The translations under genes and the position numbers were made by a program. Positions 53,059 through 62,816 of a stretch of DNA of 64,000 nt are shown piece by piece. The notes below the pieces were generated by a model. It was not told the DNA's origin and made no database searches. It worked only from the letters and a program-made list of their open reading frames with translations. The first letter of the stretch is position 1. Each line of letters opens with the position of its first letter. This stretch comes from an uncultured bacterium (GTDB lineage Bacteria > Acidobacteriota > HRBIN11 > JAKEFK01): the NCBI GenBank assembly GCA_963777505.1, contig CAVZQN010000004.1, positions 896,001 to 960,000 on the forward strand, given 5' to 3'.

Positions 53059-55323
53059 CTACTTGACCGTGAAGTAAACTATTTTTGATTCAGTACGATT
53101 ACCACCCCAATCTTCTCCTATTGCTCGAAATGAGTGACTTCCTTTTTTTAATGGTTTTTCTATTTTGAGAGTTGCAAGATTGCGATCCGGATCATAATCC
53201 GCTGGATAGGCGACGCCATCAACATAAAAAGAGATTTTGTCGTCATTTACATCCATTCCTGAATCGCGAATTTCTGCAGCAAGCTTTGGGGTGTCATTGC
53301 GGGTAGTACTATTTTTGCGCGGAAAGATTTGCTTGATAGTAGGGGCAACGTTGTCATACAAGAGTGCATATAAATCCAGATAGCCGATTTGAGTTTCAAC
53401 AGTCCGATTCGCAACATTCACTGTTGATGGAAGGCTTACCCATGATTGACCGAATCGGTTCCAGCGATAAATGCTCAAACGTTCGGGGTGTAAGGTTCGA
53501 TCAGGATAACTAAAACGGAGTGCGGAACTTTTTTTCAACGGCAACCCACGTGGGCCAAACTCAACCATTGGACCAACTAAATAAAGATACTTTGCCGTGT
53601 AAGCCGGAATTGTTTTAGACCATATAAATGAGTTCCGATAAAGACTGTCAGCCTGAAGAGTCAAGTCATAGTTTTCGCGCGCGATCCGTTTGAATTGCCC
53701 TGCAGTTGCATAGTCCACTGGTATTGTTGTTTGCGTTCCTCCATCTAGCGTTACAGTGATATAGGTTTCGTTTACAGGCGCAGGTAGAACTGCATGATAC
53801 GAAGTAAGATTCCAGGATTGCATCGGATAGATAACGGAGCTTGTGCTGGACTTAACTTGAAGTGGATATGTGATCAGTTCTGTTGTGTCATAAATAACTC
53901 GCAGCCCATTTCCATAAGGCGTAATTTTGAAATTTCCTTTTGGAATATTTGTTGTTGAAGGTATCGCAGGCGTTTGCGCCGAAGTTAGGGGGAATACGAC
54001 ATAGGGTGAATATTCAACGCCATCAAAACCTCGTGCTTTGATCAAAACGTTCGCATTCCCGATCGATGCGAGTGGAACTTTAGATAAAATTTGAACCTCA
54101 CCTGGTCCAGATGCAAGCTGAACTGAATTCATAGGAAACAGCACGAAGGTTTGTCCATTGTCCAGAGAATATTCAACTTCGCCAGCAAATCCGCTTGGCA
54201 TTTTCACTTTCCAATCAGGATCATCAATGATTGCACTGACGACTAAATCATTTGCATCTGTTGACACTTTTTTCAATTCAAAGGACGGAGGCTGATTCAC
54301 AATAAATTCCATCATTGCAGTCGAAACATTTTTCCCAGCATCTGTGGCCTGTAGTTCCATCCGATGAAGACCCGGAGTCAATGCTTCGACTGAAATAGCA
54401 GATCTGCGCACAAAAGGCGGTGATACTTCGATCGATGTAGTCATTATGATTGGAAGCTCATAATACGAAGGGCCCGGCTTTCCTTGATCATAAATGAGTC
54501 CGAAATATTCAGGCTCTGAATATGAAAACTGATCAAATTCAATTTGAGAAACAGACTTTCCATCGATTAATAAAGTCATGCGATGCGGAACACGACGGTA
54601 TGGCCGTAACGCAGAATCATAAACACTTACGGACATAAAGAAGTCGCCACGAACAATGGGAACATGATCTGATTTATAAATACCGGAGTTCCCTTCAAAC
54701 TTCACAGTGTGAGTTTCGAGTGCCCCATCCACAGCCGAAGTAGAATTCGCAGGATATAAGTAAGCAGCCTGGAAAGCGGGTGGCACCGGGTCTGTTTGAT
54801 CAATGAAACCATTAACGAGCGGGTTGATTGGTTTGTTTTCTTCGCGACGTAACTCAAGATGAAGATGCGGTAGGCCTGCTCCTGTTTCTCCGGAGTATGC
54901 GATTAGAGTGCCTTGTTGAACAGGCACAGGAGGTTCCAAAAAAATATCACCGACATAACGATTTCCAGTTTCAATAACACGTTGTTGATATTTCTGTTCC
55001 AACCCAAGGTCGGAAGAATAACCATCGAGATGCGCATACACAGAAACCATTCCATCGGAATGCCGGACGTAAATTGCTTTGCCGTATCCCCGTTTTTGTA
55101 CTTTTAAGCGGTAGATCTGCCCATCTGCTACAGCTAAAACCGGGAGACCTATATCGCCATTCGTGCTCAGGTCGATGCCGGCATGAAAGTGATCCCCGCG
55201 CGATTCACCAAAAGTGGCAGAAACGCCGAAGTTTTCTTTCAACGGCCAGCCATAAGTGAGAGAAAAGGCAGGAGTTGAACCAACCAACGCTAATAAAATG
55301 ATGACTAAAAACCAGGAAAACAT
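53059..55323 (-). CDS. M23 family metallopeptidase with extended Ig-like C-terminus
   Basis: Signal peptide, FGESRGDHFHAGIDL, GYGK, YAHL, SGETG..PHLHLE. Confidence 0.87.
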   Translation of the reverse strand: MFSWFLVIILLALVGSTPAFSLTYGWPLKENFGVSATFGESRGDHFHAGIDLSTNGDIGLPVLAVADGQIYRLKVQKRGYGKAIYVRHSDGMVSVYAHLDGYSSDLGLEQKYQQRVIETGNRYVGDIFLEPPVPVQQGTLIAYSGETGAGLPHLHLELRREENKPINPLVNGFIDQTDPVPPAFQAAYLYPANSTSAVDGALETHTVKFEGNSGIYKSDHVPIVRGDFFMSVSVYDSALRPYRRVPHRMTLLIDGKSVSQIEFDQFSYSEPEYFGLIYDQGKPGPSYYELPIIMTTSIEVSPPFVRRSAISVEALTPGLHRMELQATDAGKNVSTAMMEFIVNQPPSFELKKVSTDANDLVVSAIIDDPDWKVKMPSGFAGEVEYSLDNGQTFVLFPMNSVQLASGPGEVQILSKVPLASIGNANVLIKARGFDGVEYSPYVVFPLTSAQTPAIPSTTNIPKGNFKITPYGNGLRVIYDTTELITYPLQVKSSTSSVIYPMQSWNLTSYHAVLPAPVNETYITVTLDGGTQTTIPVDYATAGQFKRIARENYDLTLQADSLYRNSFIWSKTIPAYTAKYLYLVGPMVEFGPRGLPLKKSSALRFSYPDRTLHPERLSIYRWNRFGQSWVSLPSTVNVANRTVETQIGYLDLYALLYDNVAPTIKQIFPRKNSTTRNDTPKLAAEIRDSGMDVNDDKISFYVDGVAYPADYDPDRNLATLKIEKPLKKGSHSFRAIGEDWGGNRTESKIVYFTVK

Positions 55324-55438
55324 CGTCTCCGGTGCGGCGTAAAAAAGATTATATCAGAATAAAGATGTTATAACCTGTCTTTCCGAGGCTCAATATCGCT
55401 GTTTGACGTCTGATTGGCAATAGTACTAACATTGTCGT

Positions 55439-55918
55439 ATGCAAATAGTCCCTCAGGGCAATGCTCGCCTTCAATTTGTCATTTTTCAGGTGGGTGTCCA
55501 GATATTTGGGGTTGAGATCAAGCGGGTCAAAGAAATCCAACGCTATCGTGAAATCACTCCATTGCCGAAAGCTCCAGCCTTTCTCGAGGGAGTAATCGAA
55601 GTTCGCGGGACTCTCGTTCCTGTAGTTGATTTACGGAAGCGTTTTGAGATTTCAGACTTTAAGAATGACGCGCGAACGCGAATCATTATTCTGCGCTCAA
55701 TCGGGCGAAGGATTGGTATTGTTGTGGACTCTGTACACCGGGTCTTACCAATTCCGCTGAGCGATATTAAAGCACCACCAGCAATCGCTCATGCTCATGA
55801 TTCAAACCCGATCATGGCAGTAGCGAAACACAAAAACGAATTGTATGTCATACTCGATCTGGATCACATACTCTCTTCTGCCGAAAAGTTGACCCTATCT
55901 AAAGTTAAACTTGCTTAG
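55439..55918 (+). CDS. cheW: CheW-like adaptor (orphan)
   Basis: FGVEI..VKEI, ITPLP.AP..LEGVI..RG..VPVVDLR, IGIVVDSV, ILDLD. Confidence 0.9.
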   Translation: MQIVPQGNARLQFVIFQVGVQIFGVEIKRVKEIQRYREITPLPKAPAFLEGVIEVRGTLVPVVDLRKRFEISDFKNDARTRIIILRSIGRRIGIVVDSVHRVLPIPLSDIKAPPAIAHAHDSNPIMAVAKHKNELYVILDLDHILSSAEKLTLSKVKLA

Positions 55919-55964
55919 CTATTTGTTCATTGTGACCATTGTGTCTTTGTGGTGAAATTCCTAT

Positions 55965-56684
55965 ATGTATCTTTACGTAGCGGCTGACACTCCATTTCAA
56001 AAGCTGCATCCGCTCACCAAACTTGCATTACTTCTATTGATGATTGCGTTGCCGTTTTTTGCTCCGGGATTGATCGGCATTGTCATTGTCTTTTTTGTCT
56101 ATCTTGGCTTGCTAATTTGGGCAGGCGGTCTAAGAAATCTAAAAAAGATGACAAAGTTGATGATTTTGTTCTGGATTTTTACATTCTTAATCTGGATCAT
56201 CATTCCTTATCTTCGCAAAGCTCCATGGAGTCTTGAGAGCTCCGCAATTCTGGCGACACGGATTGTTACGTTCGTTCTAGCGGCACTTGTGTTTGTCACA
56301 ATCACACGGATCGAAGAATTTACGTATGCTCTGACCCGTCTTGGGGTTCCGTATAAGGGTGCTTTTGCGTTATCTCTGGGCTTTCGACTTGTCCCTTTGT
56401 TTTATCAAAATCTTCAGACCATCGTTGAAGCACAAAAGTCGCGAGGGGTTGATCTTGATAATGCAGGATTGATTCGCAAAGCGGGGCTGTACTTGCCTGT
56501 AATCAGCATTTTGATTTCCTATGGTTTGCGCAATGCAGACATTATGGCGATGGCACTTGAAGCAAAAGGATTTGGATACTCAAAAGACCGGACATACCTG
56601 CTTCAGCCCAGGTTTAACATGACTGATGCTGCAACGCTGTTGGTCGCAGCCGGCATAGTCGTTGCTCTTTCCCTGTTACACTGA
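55965..56684 (+). CDS. ECF transporter transmembrane component T (EcfT/CbiQ)
   Basis: LHPLTKL, RLVP, EAQKSRG and ALEAKGF coupling-helix motifs. Confidence 0.85.
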   Translation: MYLYVAADTPFQKLHPLTKLALLLLMIALPFFAPGLIGIVIVFFVYLGLLIWAGGLRNLKKMTKLMILFWIFTFLIWIIIPYLRKAPWSLESSAILATRIVTFVLAALVFVTITRIEEFTYALTRLGVPYKGAFALSLGFRLVPLFYQNLQTIVEAQKSRGVDLDNAGLIRKAGLYLPVISILISYGLRNADIMAMALEAKGFGYSKDRTYLLQPRFNMTDAATLLVAAGIVVALSLLH

Positions 56685-56688
56685 ATTC

Positions 56689-58014
56689 ATGGAGTTTCCG
56701 ATTTGTTTATCAGTGTATGGGGATACGCAATCAGTTTCCGAAGTTTTGCAAAAGCAGACAGATGCGGATCTATTTGAAATTCGTCTGGATTTAAGCGAAA
56801 AATTGAATTTCGAATCCGTCCGTGCTGCAACTTCCAGGCCTCTTATTTTTGCTTCACATACAAAACCTGAATTGCTTAAGGATGCGATTGCTTTTGCTGA
56901 CTATTTGGACGTCGGCTCATACACTCTTGAAGCTGGACCTTCCGCACAGAAAACGATTGTTTCTTTTCATGGTGACGAGGAAGATCCCTTTCTGATTTGG
57001 GATAAGTTACGCGGAAATTCAATCACAAAAATTGTTTTAGAAACTTCAGATTATAAGAAAATTTCAAACCTGCTTGAGTTGAATCAAAAATCCCGCGGTG
57101 ACGCGATCTGTTTTGCGATGGGTGAAATCGGAGCTTTCAGCCGCATACTTTCTGTATTCAGAGGCGCACCCTGGATTTATGCTTCACTTCCTGGACAGCC
57201 AACAGCGGCCGGACAATTTACGATTGATGAGCTAATCCATACATATAACGTAAAGCGCTTTTCTACTGACCCAGTGACATTCGGTATCCTTGGAAATCCA
57301 GTGGCACACAGTCATTCTCCTGCGTTCCATAACCGGAAGTTCGCTGAAAATAATCTTCCATGGATATATCTTCGTTTTCCTTGCACCGACTTGATGTCGT
57401 TGATGTCACACACTGCACAATTTGGAATCAAGGGCTTGAGTGTGACTCATCCTTTTAAAGAAGAGTGTATTAGTTATCTGCAATCAAAATCGAAAGAAGT
57501 TGAACTCCTTCGTTCTTGCAATACACTCTACAAAAAAAATGAAGGGTGGGTTGGAATTAATACGGATGTAGTGGGCTTTGAAGAATTGCTTAGAAAAAAC
57601 AGTCTCAGTCTTCAAGGCTTGCGAGTTGCAATTCTTGGCGCGGGTGGAGCCGCCCGTGCTGCCGCTTATATCGCGTTGAAAGATGGAGCTCAATTAATTT
57701 TCTTAAATAGAACTCAGTCAAAGGCAGAAACTCTTGCAACTATTTTTAATGGCACGGCCATTCCACTTTCTGAATTTTCATCACTGGAATACGATGTTTT
57801 AGTTCAGTCGACGCCTGTCGGCATGCAAAATGATGAGTGTCCAGTGAATCCTGAAAGCCTTCGCCCTCGAACCACCGTCATCGATGTCATCTACGAACCG
57901 AGCGAAACTCTTTTATTAAGAAAAGCTCGAGCCCTCGGTTGTAGAACGATTAATGGAGAACAGTGGTTTTTGTCGCAAGCGGAAGCACAATTGAGATGGT
58001 GGATGGAGCAATAA
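56689..58014 (+). CDS. aroDE: Bifunctional type I 3-dehydroquinate dehydratase / shikimate dehydrogenase
   Basis: EIRLD, IVSFH, FAMGEIG..SR and TAAGQ (AroD). GNPVAHSHSP, SVTHPFKE, NTD and GAGGAA (AroE). Start ATG 56689. Confidence 0.88.
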   Translation: MEFPICLSVYGDTQSVSEVLQKQTDADLFEIRLDLSEKLNFESVRAATSRPLIFASHTKPELLKDAIAFADYLDVGSYTLEAGPSAQKTIVSFHGDEEDPFLIWDKLRGNSITKIVLETSDYKKISNLLELNQKSRGDAICFAMGEIGAFSRILSVFRGAPWIYASLPGQPTAAGQFTIDELIHTYNVKRFSTDPVTFGILGNPVAHSHSPAFHNRKFAENNLPWIYLRFPCTDLMSLMSHTAQFGIKGLSVTHPFKEECISYLQSKSKEVELLRSCNTLYKKNEGWVGINTDVVGFEELLRKNSLSLQGLRVAILGAGGAARAAAYIALKDGAQLIFLNRTQSKAETLATIFNGTAIPLSEFSSLEYDVLVQSTPVGMQNDECPVNPESLRPRTTVIDVIYEPSETLLLRKARALGCRTINGEQWFLSQAEAQLRWWMEQ

Positions 58015-58081
58015 GGGACCGCGGACGAAGGGACCGCGGACCTCTGGTCCGCATCAGGGACCGCAGGCGTCTCGCCTGCAT
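58015..58081 (+). repeat. REP family B array upstream of RAYT (1 partial + 2 full units)
   Basis: GGGACCGCGGAC..., GGGACCGCGGACCTCTGGTCCGCATCA, GGGACCGCAGGCGTCTCGCCTGCAT. Confidence 0.9.
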
Positions 58082-58159
58082 TTGCTCGTTTATTTTCTGC
58101 TTCCAATCCTTTCTGTATTTATGCTACAACTATCAGAAAGGCGGGAAGGAGCATGCTTT

Positions 58160-58855
58160 ATGGATTCCCGCACTCGCGGTTACTTACCTCATCTAGAAGT
58201 TTCCAAAGGAACGTATTTTCTTACCTTTCGATTAGACGATAGTCTTCCAATATCTTTACTTCAAAAATGGAAGGCCGAATTAATTTCTAAACAATCTCAT
58301 CAACAGCAGACTTACAGACCTGCAGATGAATATGAAAAAAAGATTCAATCATATTTAGACACCAATTCAGGAAATTGTTGGCTTCAAAATCCAGATATTG
58401 CTGATCTTGTTGCCAATGCCCTACGATACTTTGATGGCGCACGGTATGTTCTTCATGCTTGGACGATTATGCCAAATCACGTGCATGTCCTGTTTACTTT
58501 AATAGAACCGTATAAGCTGCCATCAATAATTCATAGTTGGAAAAGCTTTACTGCACATAAAGCCAATCATTTTCTGAAGCGAACGGGACGTTTCTGGCAA
58601 CCTGAATACTTCGATCGCTCCGTAAAGACTTCACGACAGTTTGAGTATTGCGTTCGATACATTCTTAACAATCCTGTCAAAGCAGGTTTATGTAACGAGT
58701 TTTATCAATGGCCCTGGTCAAAAACATCGATTGAATTGGAGGGTATGGTAAATCGATTTTTTAGATTCCAGGAAGGTGGAGAAGAGGGTGGGATCCTTGA
58801 TGCAGACGGGACGTCTGCGGTCCCTGATGCAGGCGAAGACGCCTGCGGTCCCTGA
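58160..58855 (+). mobile_element. REP-associated tyrosine transposase (RAYT, IS200-like Y1 HUH)
   Basis: RGYLPH, YFLTFRL.DSLP, IMPNHVH (HUH), WKSFTA, FWQ.EYFDR, YILNNPVKAGL (catalytic Tyr), WPWS. Flanked by REPs. Confidence 0.92.
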
Positions 58856-58894
58856 TGCAGGCGAGACGCCTGCGGTCCCTGATGCGGACAGGTC
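58798..58894 (-). repeat. REP family B tandem array downstream of RAYT (3 full + 1 partial unit)
   Basis: TGATGCAG(A/G)C..G(T/C)CTGCGGTCCC x3 head-to-tail, inverted relative to the upstream array. Confidence 0.9.
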
Positions 58895-58938
58895 ACGTCT
58901 CTATCATGATCCAGAATCTTGTGATGAAATAAGGTTCG

Positions 58939-60090
58939 ATGAATTCGGCCAGGCGCACGTTTTTGCGATATGTAGCACTTTCTCCGTTTGCGGGTTATTT
59001 CACCCTGCCGGAACTATTTGCAGAATCACAGCTCATTTCACCTGATGATGCTTTGAATGTCTTTCAATTCGAGCAGGCGATTCAAAAGAAGCTTCCAAAA
59101 GATGTTTACGAATTTATTTCAGGCGGCGCCGATGATCAAAAAACAATCCAGGCAAACCTTAACGCTTTTGACTCCGTTCAAATCCGGGCACGCCGTCTGA
59201 TAGATGTTTCCAAAATTGACACTCAGATTGAGCTGCTGGGTCAAACGATGGAAACGCCAATTCTGATTGCGCCGGTTGGATTTCAGAAAGCATTTCACAC
59301 AGAGGGAGAATTGGCAGTTGCGCGTGCCGCTGCCTCGAAGAAACATTCAATGATTGTTTCGACAGTTTCAAGTTACTCAGTCGAAGAAGTTTGCCGCGAG
59401 CATCCGTCAAAAGTTTGGTTTCAGCTATATCCGACATCGAATCGCGATGTTGCACGCACACTTCTTCAGCGCGCTGAATCCGCGGGTTGTCCAGCTGTCG
59501 CATTAACTGTTGATACTCCTGTACTCGGAAATAGAGAAAATCAGGCAGGATTTTTAAACAAAGTTTTGCAGTCAGATCAAGGATATTTAGGAAACTTCAA
59601 AGATATTGATCTGCGGAATGCGCTCTCCGATCCCTCAATGACATGGGACACGATTTCCTGGATGAAAGCGAACACAAAAATGAAGATTGTAATTAAAGGA
59701 ATCGTAACCGGTGAAGATGCAAGATTGTGTGTAGAGAATGGAGCAGATGCAATTATTGTTTCGAATCATGGAGGTAGACAGGAAGAGAGCAATCGCGGAA
59801 CTCTGGAATGTCTTCCTGAAGTTGTTGAGGGTGCGCAAGGAAAAATTCCTGTCTTGATCGATGGAGGATTCCGTCGAGGAACAGACATTTTTAAAGCACT
59901 CGCCATGGGTGCGAAAGCTATCTGCATTGGTAGGCCTTATGTTTGGGGATTAGGAGCATTTGGACAGCCTGGTGTAGAAAAAGTCCTGGATTTGTTACGA
60001 GCAGAATTGGTTCGAATTATGAGGCTTGCCGGGACACCTTCGATCGGCAGTATTACACCGAAGCATGTAACTGTGAACCTTTGTGATTAG
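58939..60090 (+). CDS. FMN-dependent alpha-hydroxy acid oxidase/dehydrogenase with Tat-like signal
   Basis: SARRTFL N-terminus, APVG, WFQLY, LTVD, KGI, SNHGGRQ, DGGFRRGTD. Confidence 0.9.
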   Translation: MNSARRTFLRYVALSPFAGYFTLPELFAESQLISPDDALNVFQFEQAIQKKLPKDVYEFISGGADDQKTIQANLNAFDSVQIRARRLIDVSKIDTQIELLGQTMETPILIAPVGFQKAFHTEGELAVARAAASKKHSMIVSTVSSYSVEEVCREHPSKVWFQLYPTSNRDVARTLLQRAESAGCPAVALTVDTPVLGNRENQAGFLNKVLQSDQGYLGNFKDIDLRNALSDPSMTWDTISWMKANTKMKIVIKGIVTGEDARLCVENGADAIIVSNHGGRQEESNRGTLECLPEVVEGAQGKIPVLIDGGFRRGTDIFKALAMGAKAICIGRPYVWGLGAFGQPGVEKVLDLLRAELVRIMRLAGTPSIGSITPKHVTVNLCD

Positions 60091-60166
60091 GCGGATAGGC
60101 GAAGAGCAGAGGGGCGGAAGGAGCGAAGGGGCAGAGGGCGGAGGAGACGCATGTTACACTAACGCA

Positions 60167-60913
60167 ATGAATTGGCTGTCACTTGCATGCGCTTTGTTAG
60201 CTGCATCCGCAACTGTTTTAGGTGGATCGCTCATTCTTGTGAAGCGCCGCTTCGATGAACATTTCTTAAAGTATTCGATTGCCTTCGGAGCCGGATTCAT
60301 GTTGGGAGCTTCTGCACTTGCGATGCTTCCAGAGAGCTTCAAAGTCAATCCGCGAGCACCATTATGGTTTCTAGCAGGTTATCTTACGATTCATTTTTTT
60401 GAGCATACAATCATTTCACATTTTCATTTTGGCGAAGAAACCCATTCAGATGCTGTCGTAAATCCGATTGTTGGTTATACATCCATGTTCGGTCTGAGCA
60501 TTCATAATATCTTTGATGGAATTTCAATTGGGTCAGGCTTTTTAATCTCACCTATTTTAGGTCTTTTGATTTTTGGCGCTGTTGTTCTTCATAAAGTTCC
60601 GGATGGATTTACGATTGCTTCCATTATGCTTGCAAGCGGGCGGACACCACGGAAAGCATTTTATGCTTCTGCAATTTTGGGGCTGAGTACTCTCGCGGGT
60701 GCGGTCGTAATCGGGTTATTCAAGACTGCCGTTTCAGCAGCTCTTCCGTTTTCGGCTGGCGTAACTTTCTATATTGCGGCAACCGATCTGCTGCCCGTGA
60801 TCAATGAACATAAGCGTCTGAGATATTCTTTTGCTTTTTTTGCCGGGATTCTTGTGTTTTATTTAAGTGAATTATTGTTGTCTTCTTTTTATCGCGGAGC
60901 CGCTAAGATATAG
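60167..60913 (+). CDS. ZIP family metal transporter
   Basis: FGAGFML, HFHFGEETH loop, HNIFDG, HKVPDG, AGVTFYIAATDLLP. Start ATG 60167. Confidence 0.9.
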   Translation: MNWLSLACALLAASATVLGGSLILVKRRFDEHFLKYSIAFGAGFMLGASALAMLPESFKVNPRAPLWFLAGYLTIHFFEHTIISHFHFGEETHSDAVVNPIVGYTSMFGLSIHNIFDGISIGSGFLISPILGLLIFGAVVLHKVPDGFTIASIMLASGRTPRKAFYASAILGLSTLAGAVVIGLFKTAVSAALPFSAGVTFYIAATDLLPVINEHKRLRYSFAFFAGILVFYLSELLLSSFYRGAAKI

Positions 60914-61701
60914 AAACTCCGTGCGGGAACAGATTGCTTCCAATGTAAGAAGGAGTATGCGACATAACCTTTGTCAAAATAATTTGTAAAAACGTCGCGT
61001 GTCTTAAACCGCCACCGCAAAGCCTCATCCGGTAATTTCATTTTTAACTGCTGCATATTCTCCGGAATTTCTAAAAACAGGAATGGTTCCTTGCAATCAA
61101 GATCTACGTCTTGAATACGCAGAAATCCATCATCGCCGCGCACAACACGTGTGACTAATTCAGGCTGTTGTGGAAGCGTGTTCCAATTTTCATCCTTATT
61201 GAATGGCGGAATCTGCCAATGGGCTATGAGTCTATCTGTGGGACTTCCACTGTGGAGCGGACTGGATGTTTCTCCATAGATATTGATTTCATACTCTTTT
61301 GCAATACAACCAAGTTTACGCAAATTGAAATGTGCATTCCGGCTCTCAAGCGGATCATAAGTCCATTCAATCACCTCATATCCTTTTTCCTGGGACATGG
61401 AGTATTGAGCTTTCTTCAATTTATAACCAATATCAGAATTTTGATAAGCAGGATAAACCGCAAGCATGTGGGACCATTGAACCTTTTGGCCTTTATGTGT
61501 TCCAGGCAACCCATACACGAATCCAATCATTTCATCTTTGTTAAAAGCGCCAAGGACAACACCATCGTTGCGCGCCGAAATCATAAGCAACGGCAGCGGA
61601 ACGATGTCATAAGGATCGTCAAATCCCCAAATAACTCTTTGGAGTTGCACACAATCCTGGAAATCTTTTAAGGTTGTTAGCTCTCGAATTTGTATGTCCA
61701 T
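60889..61701 (-). CDS. GNAT-family N-acyltransferase
   Basis: LQRVIWG, WSHMLAV..YQ...IG.KLK..Q, WTYDPL..RNAHFN..KLG, YG, TDRL...W. Confidence 0.8.
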   Translation of the reverse strand: MDIQIRELTTLKDFQDCVQLQRVIWGFDDPYDIVPLPLLMISARNDGVVLGAFNKDEMIGFVYGLPGTHKGQKVQWSHMLAVYPAYQNSDIGYKLKKAQYSMSQEKGYEVIEWTYDPLESRNAHFNLRKLGCIAKEYEINIYGETSSPLHSGSPTDRLIAHWQIPPFNKDENWNTLPQQPELVTRVVRGDDGFLRIQDVDLDCKEPFLFLEIPENMQQLKMKLPDEALRWRFKTRDVFTNYFDKGYVAYSFLHWKQSVPARSFYILAAPR

Positions 61702-61724
61702 CAATCCATTAATCCTTTAAATTA

Positions 61725-61774
61725 GCAGTCGAGACGCCTGCGGTCCCTAATGCGGACGAGACGTCCGCGCTCCC
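61725..61774 (-). repeat. REP family B tandem doublet
   Basis: GCAGTCGAGACGCCTGCGGTCCC-TAAT-GCGGACGAGACGTCCGCGCTCCC. Confidence 0.85.
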
Positions 61775-62731
61775 TTAAGAGCGTATAAAACGGCTTTCCA
61801 GAATGTTACCTCTATCATCCATCTTAATACGCAACACAAAAGGTTTTCTCAATTTCAGAACTTTGAGTGCCTTGAAGCGCATATGAAATCTCAGATCCGT
61901 AAATTCTACTATATGAAACCTTCCTTCAATACGCTCAGTAACGGTTGGGTATCTTGCAAACCAGTAAAACAAAATGCCAAGTTCAGATTCTCGTGCTTTT
62001 TGTTCGAAAAGTGAACCATTGGTTTTGTTAAATACTTGAAATGAGTCTTGAGGCTTCTTAAAACTCCAGAATCGTGACTGGTAATAATGCGTATCATTGT
62101 CAATAATTCCTGACCACCAGAGAGGCAATCCAAATTGTGGCATAGCGGCGGCTGAACGATATGAAATTCTTTGTTCATCTGCACTTTGTTTCAAATTGTG
62201 CAGTGCCAGTGTGTGATTCATTGCACAAAAAATAACGTAGGTAGCAGCCGCTGCGATTCCGATTGCTGCCCGGCGTCGGGCAAAATCAACATTCTGTCGC
62301 GCAAAAAAGACCGCGAGTAGAAGGATCAAGCTGAAAAAAACATCAATAACGAAGACCCAATCAAAGTAGTACCGCGTTTTGCTGAATGGATATAGAACCA
62401 TCGTTCCATAGGATGTAAACAAGTCGAGGAGTTGATGGCTCAAAAGAGCAACCCAGCAGGCGCAGATCCACGGAAAGTAACGGCGTTCGCGATCGAATCG
62501 TCCAAAGACTGTTCCGGTCAGGATTCCCAGAAATAAAATTCCAGCGAAAGAATGGGTAACACCGCGATGTTGTTCGAGATACGTAGCAATCCCATTAAGC
62601 CTGTAAACGATGTCAAGATCAGGCATCATTGCTGTGCCCGCCATGACCCAACGTGCGCGCCGGCCCAGATGCTGCGCAAATCCTGCTTCAGCAATCAATG
62701 CTCCAGCAAAACTGTGCGTCAGAGAGTCCAT
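61775..62731 (-). CDS. YdjM-like membrane metal-dependent hydrolase
   Basis: MDSLTH, PDLD, HRGVTHS, SHQLLDLFTSYG. Confidence 0.87.
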   Translation of the reverse strand: MDSLTHSFAGALIAEAGFAQHLGRRARWVMAGTAMMPDLDIVYRLNGIATYLEQHRGVTHSFAGILFLGILTGTVFGRFDRERRYFPWICACWVALLSHQLLDLFTSYGTMVLYPFSKTRYYFDWVFVIDVFFSLILLLAVFFARQNVDFARRRAAIGIAAAATYVIFCAMNHTLALHNLKQSADEQRISYRSAAAMPQFGLPLWWSGIIDNDTHYYQSRFWSFKKPQDSFQVFNKTNGSLFEQKARESELGILFYWFARYPTVTERIEGRFHIVEFTDLRFHMRFKALKVLKLRKPFVLRIKMDDRGNILESRFIRS

Positions 62732-62816
62732 AATGTTCGAATAAAACCAGTTATGATATCAGATTTTCCTTGAACCCTTTCGTTACATTCCTATTCTTAT
62801 GGTTAAATAAACACCT

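Noticed and set aside
58798-58894. Tandem 27-28-bp palindromic repeats as a CRISPR array
   Set aside because: Units are contiguous with no unique spacers, no cas genes are present, and they match dispersed REPs next to a RAYT.
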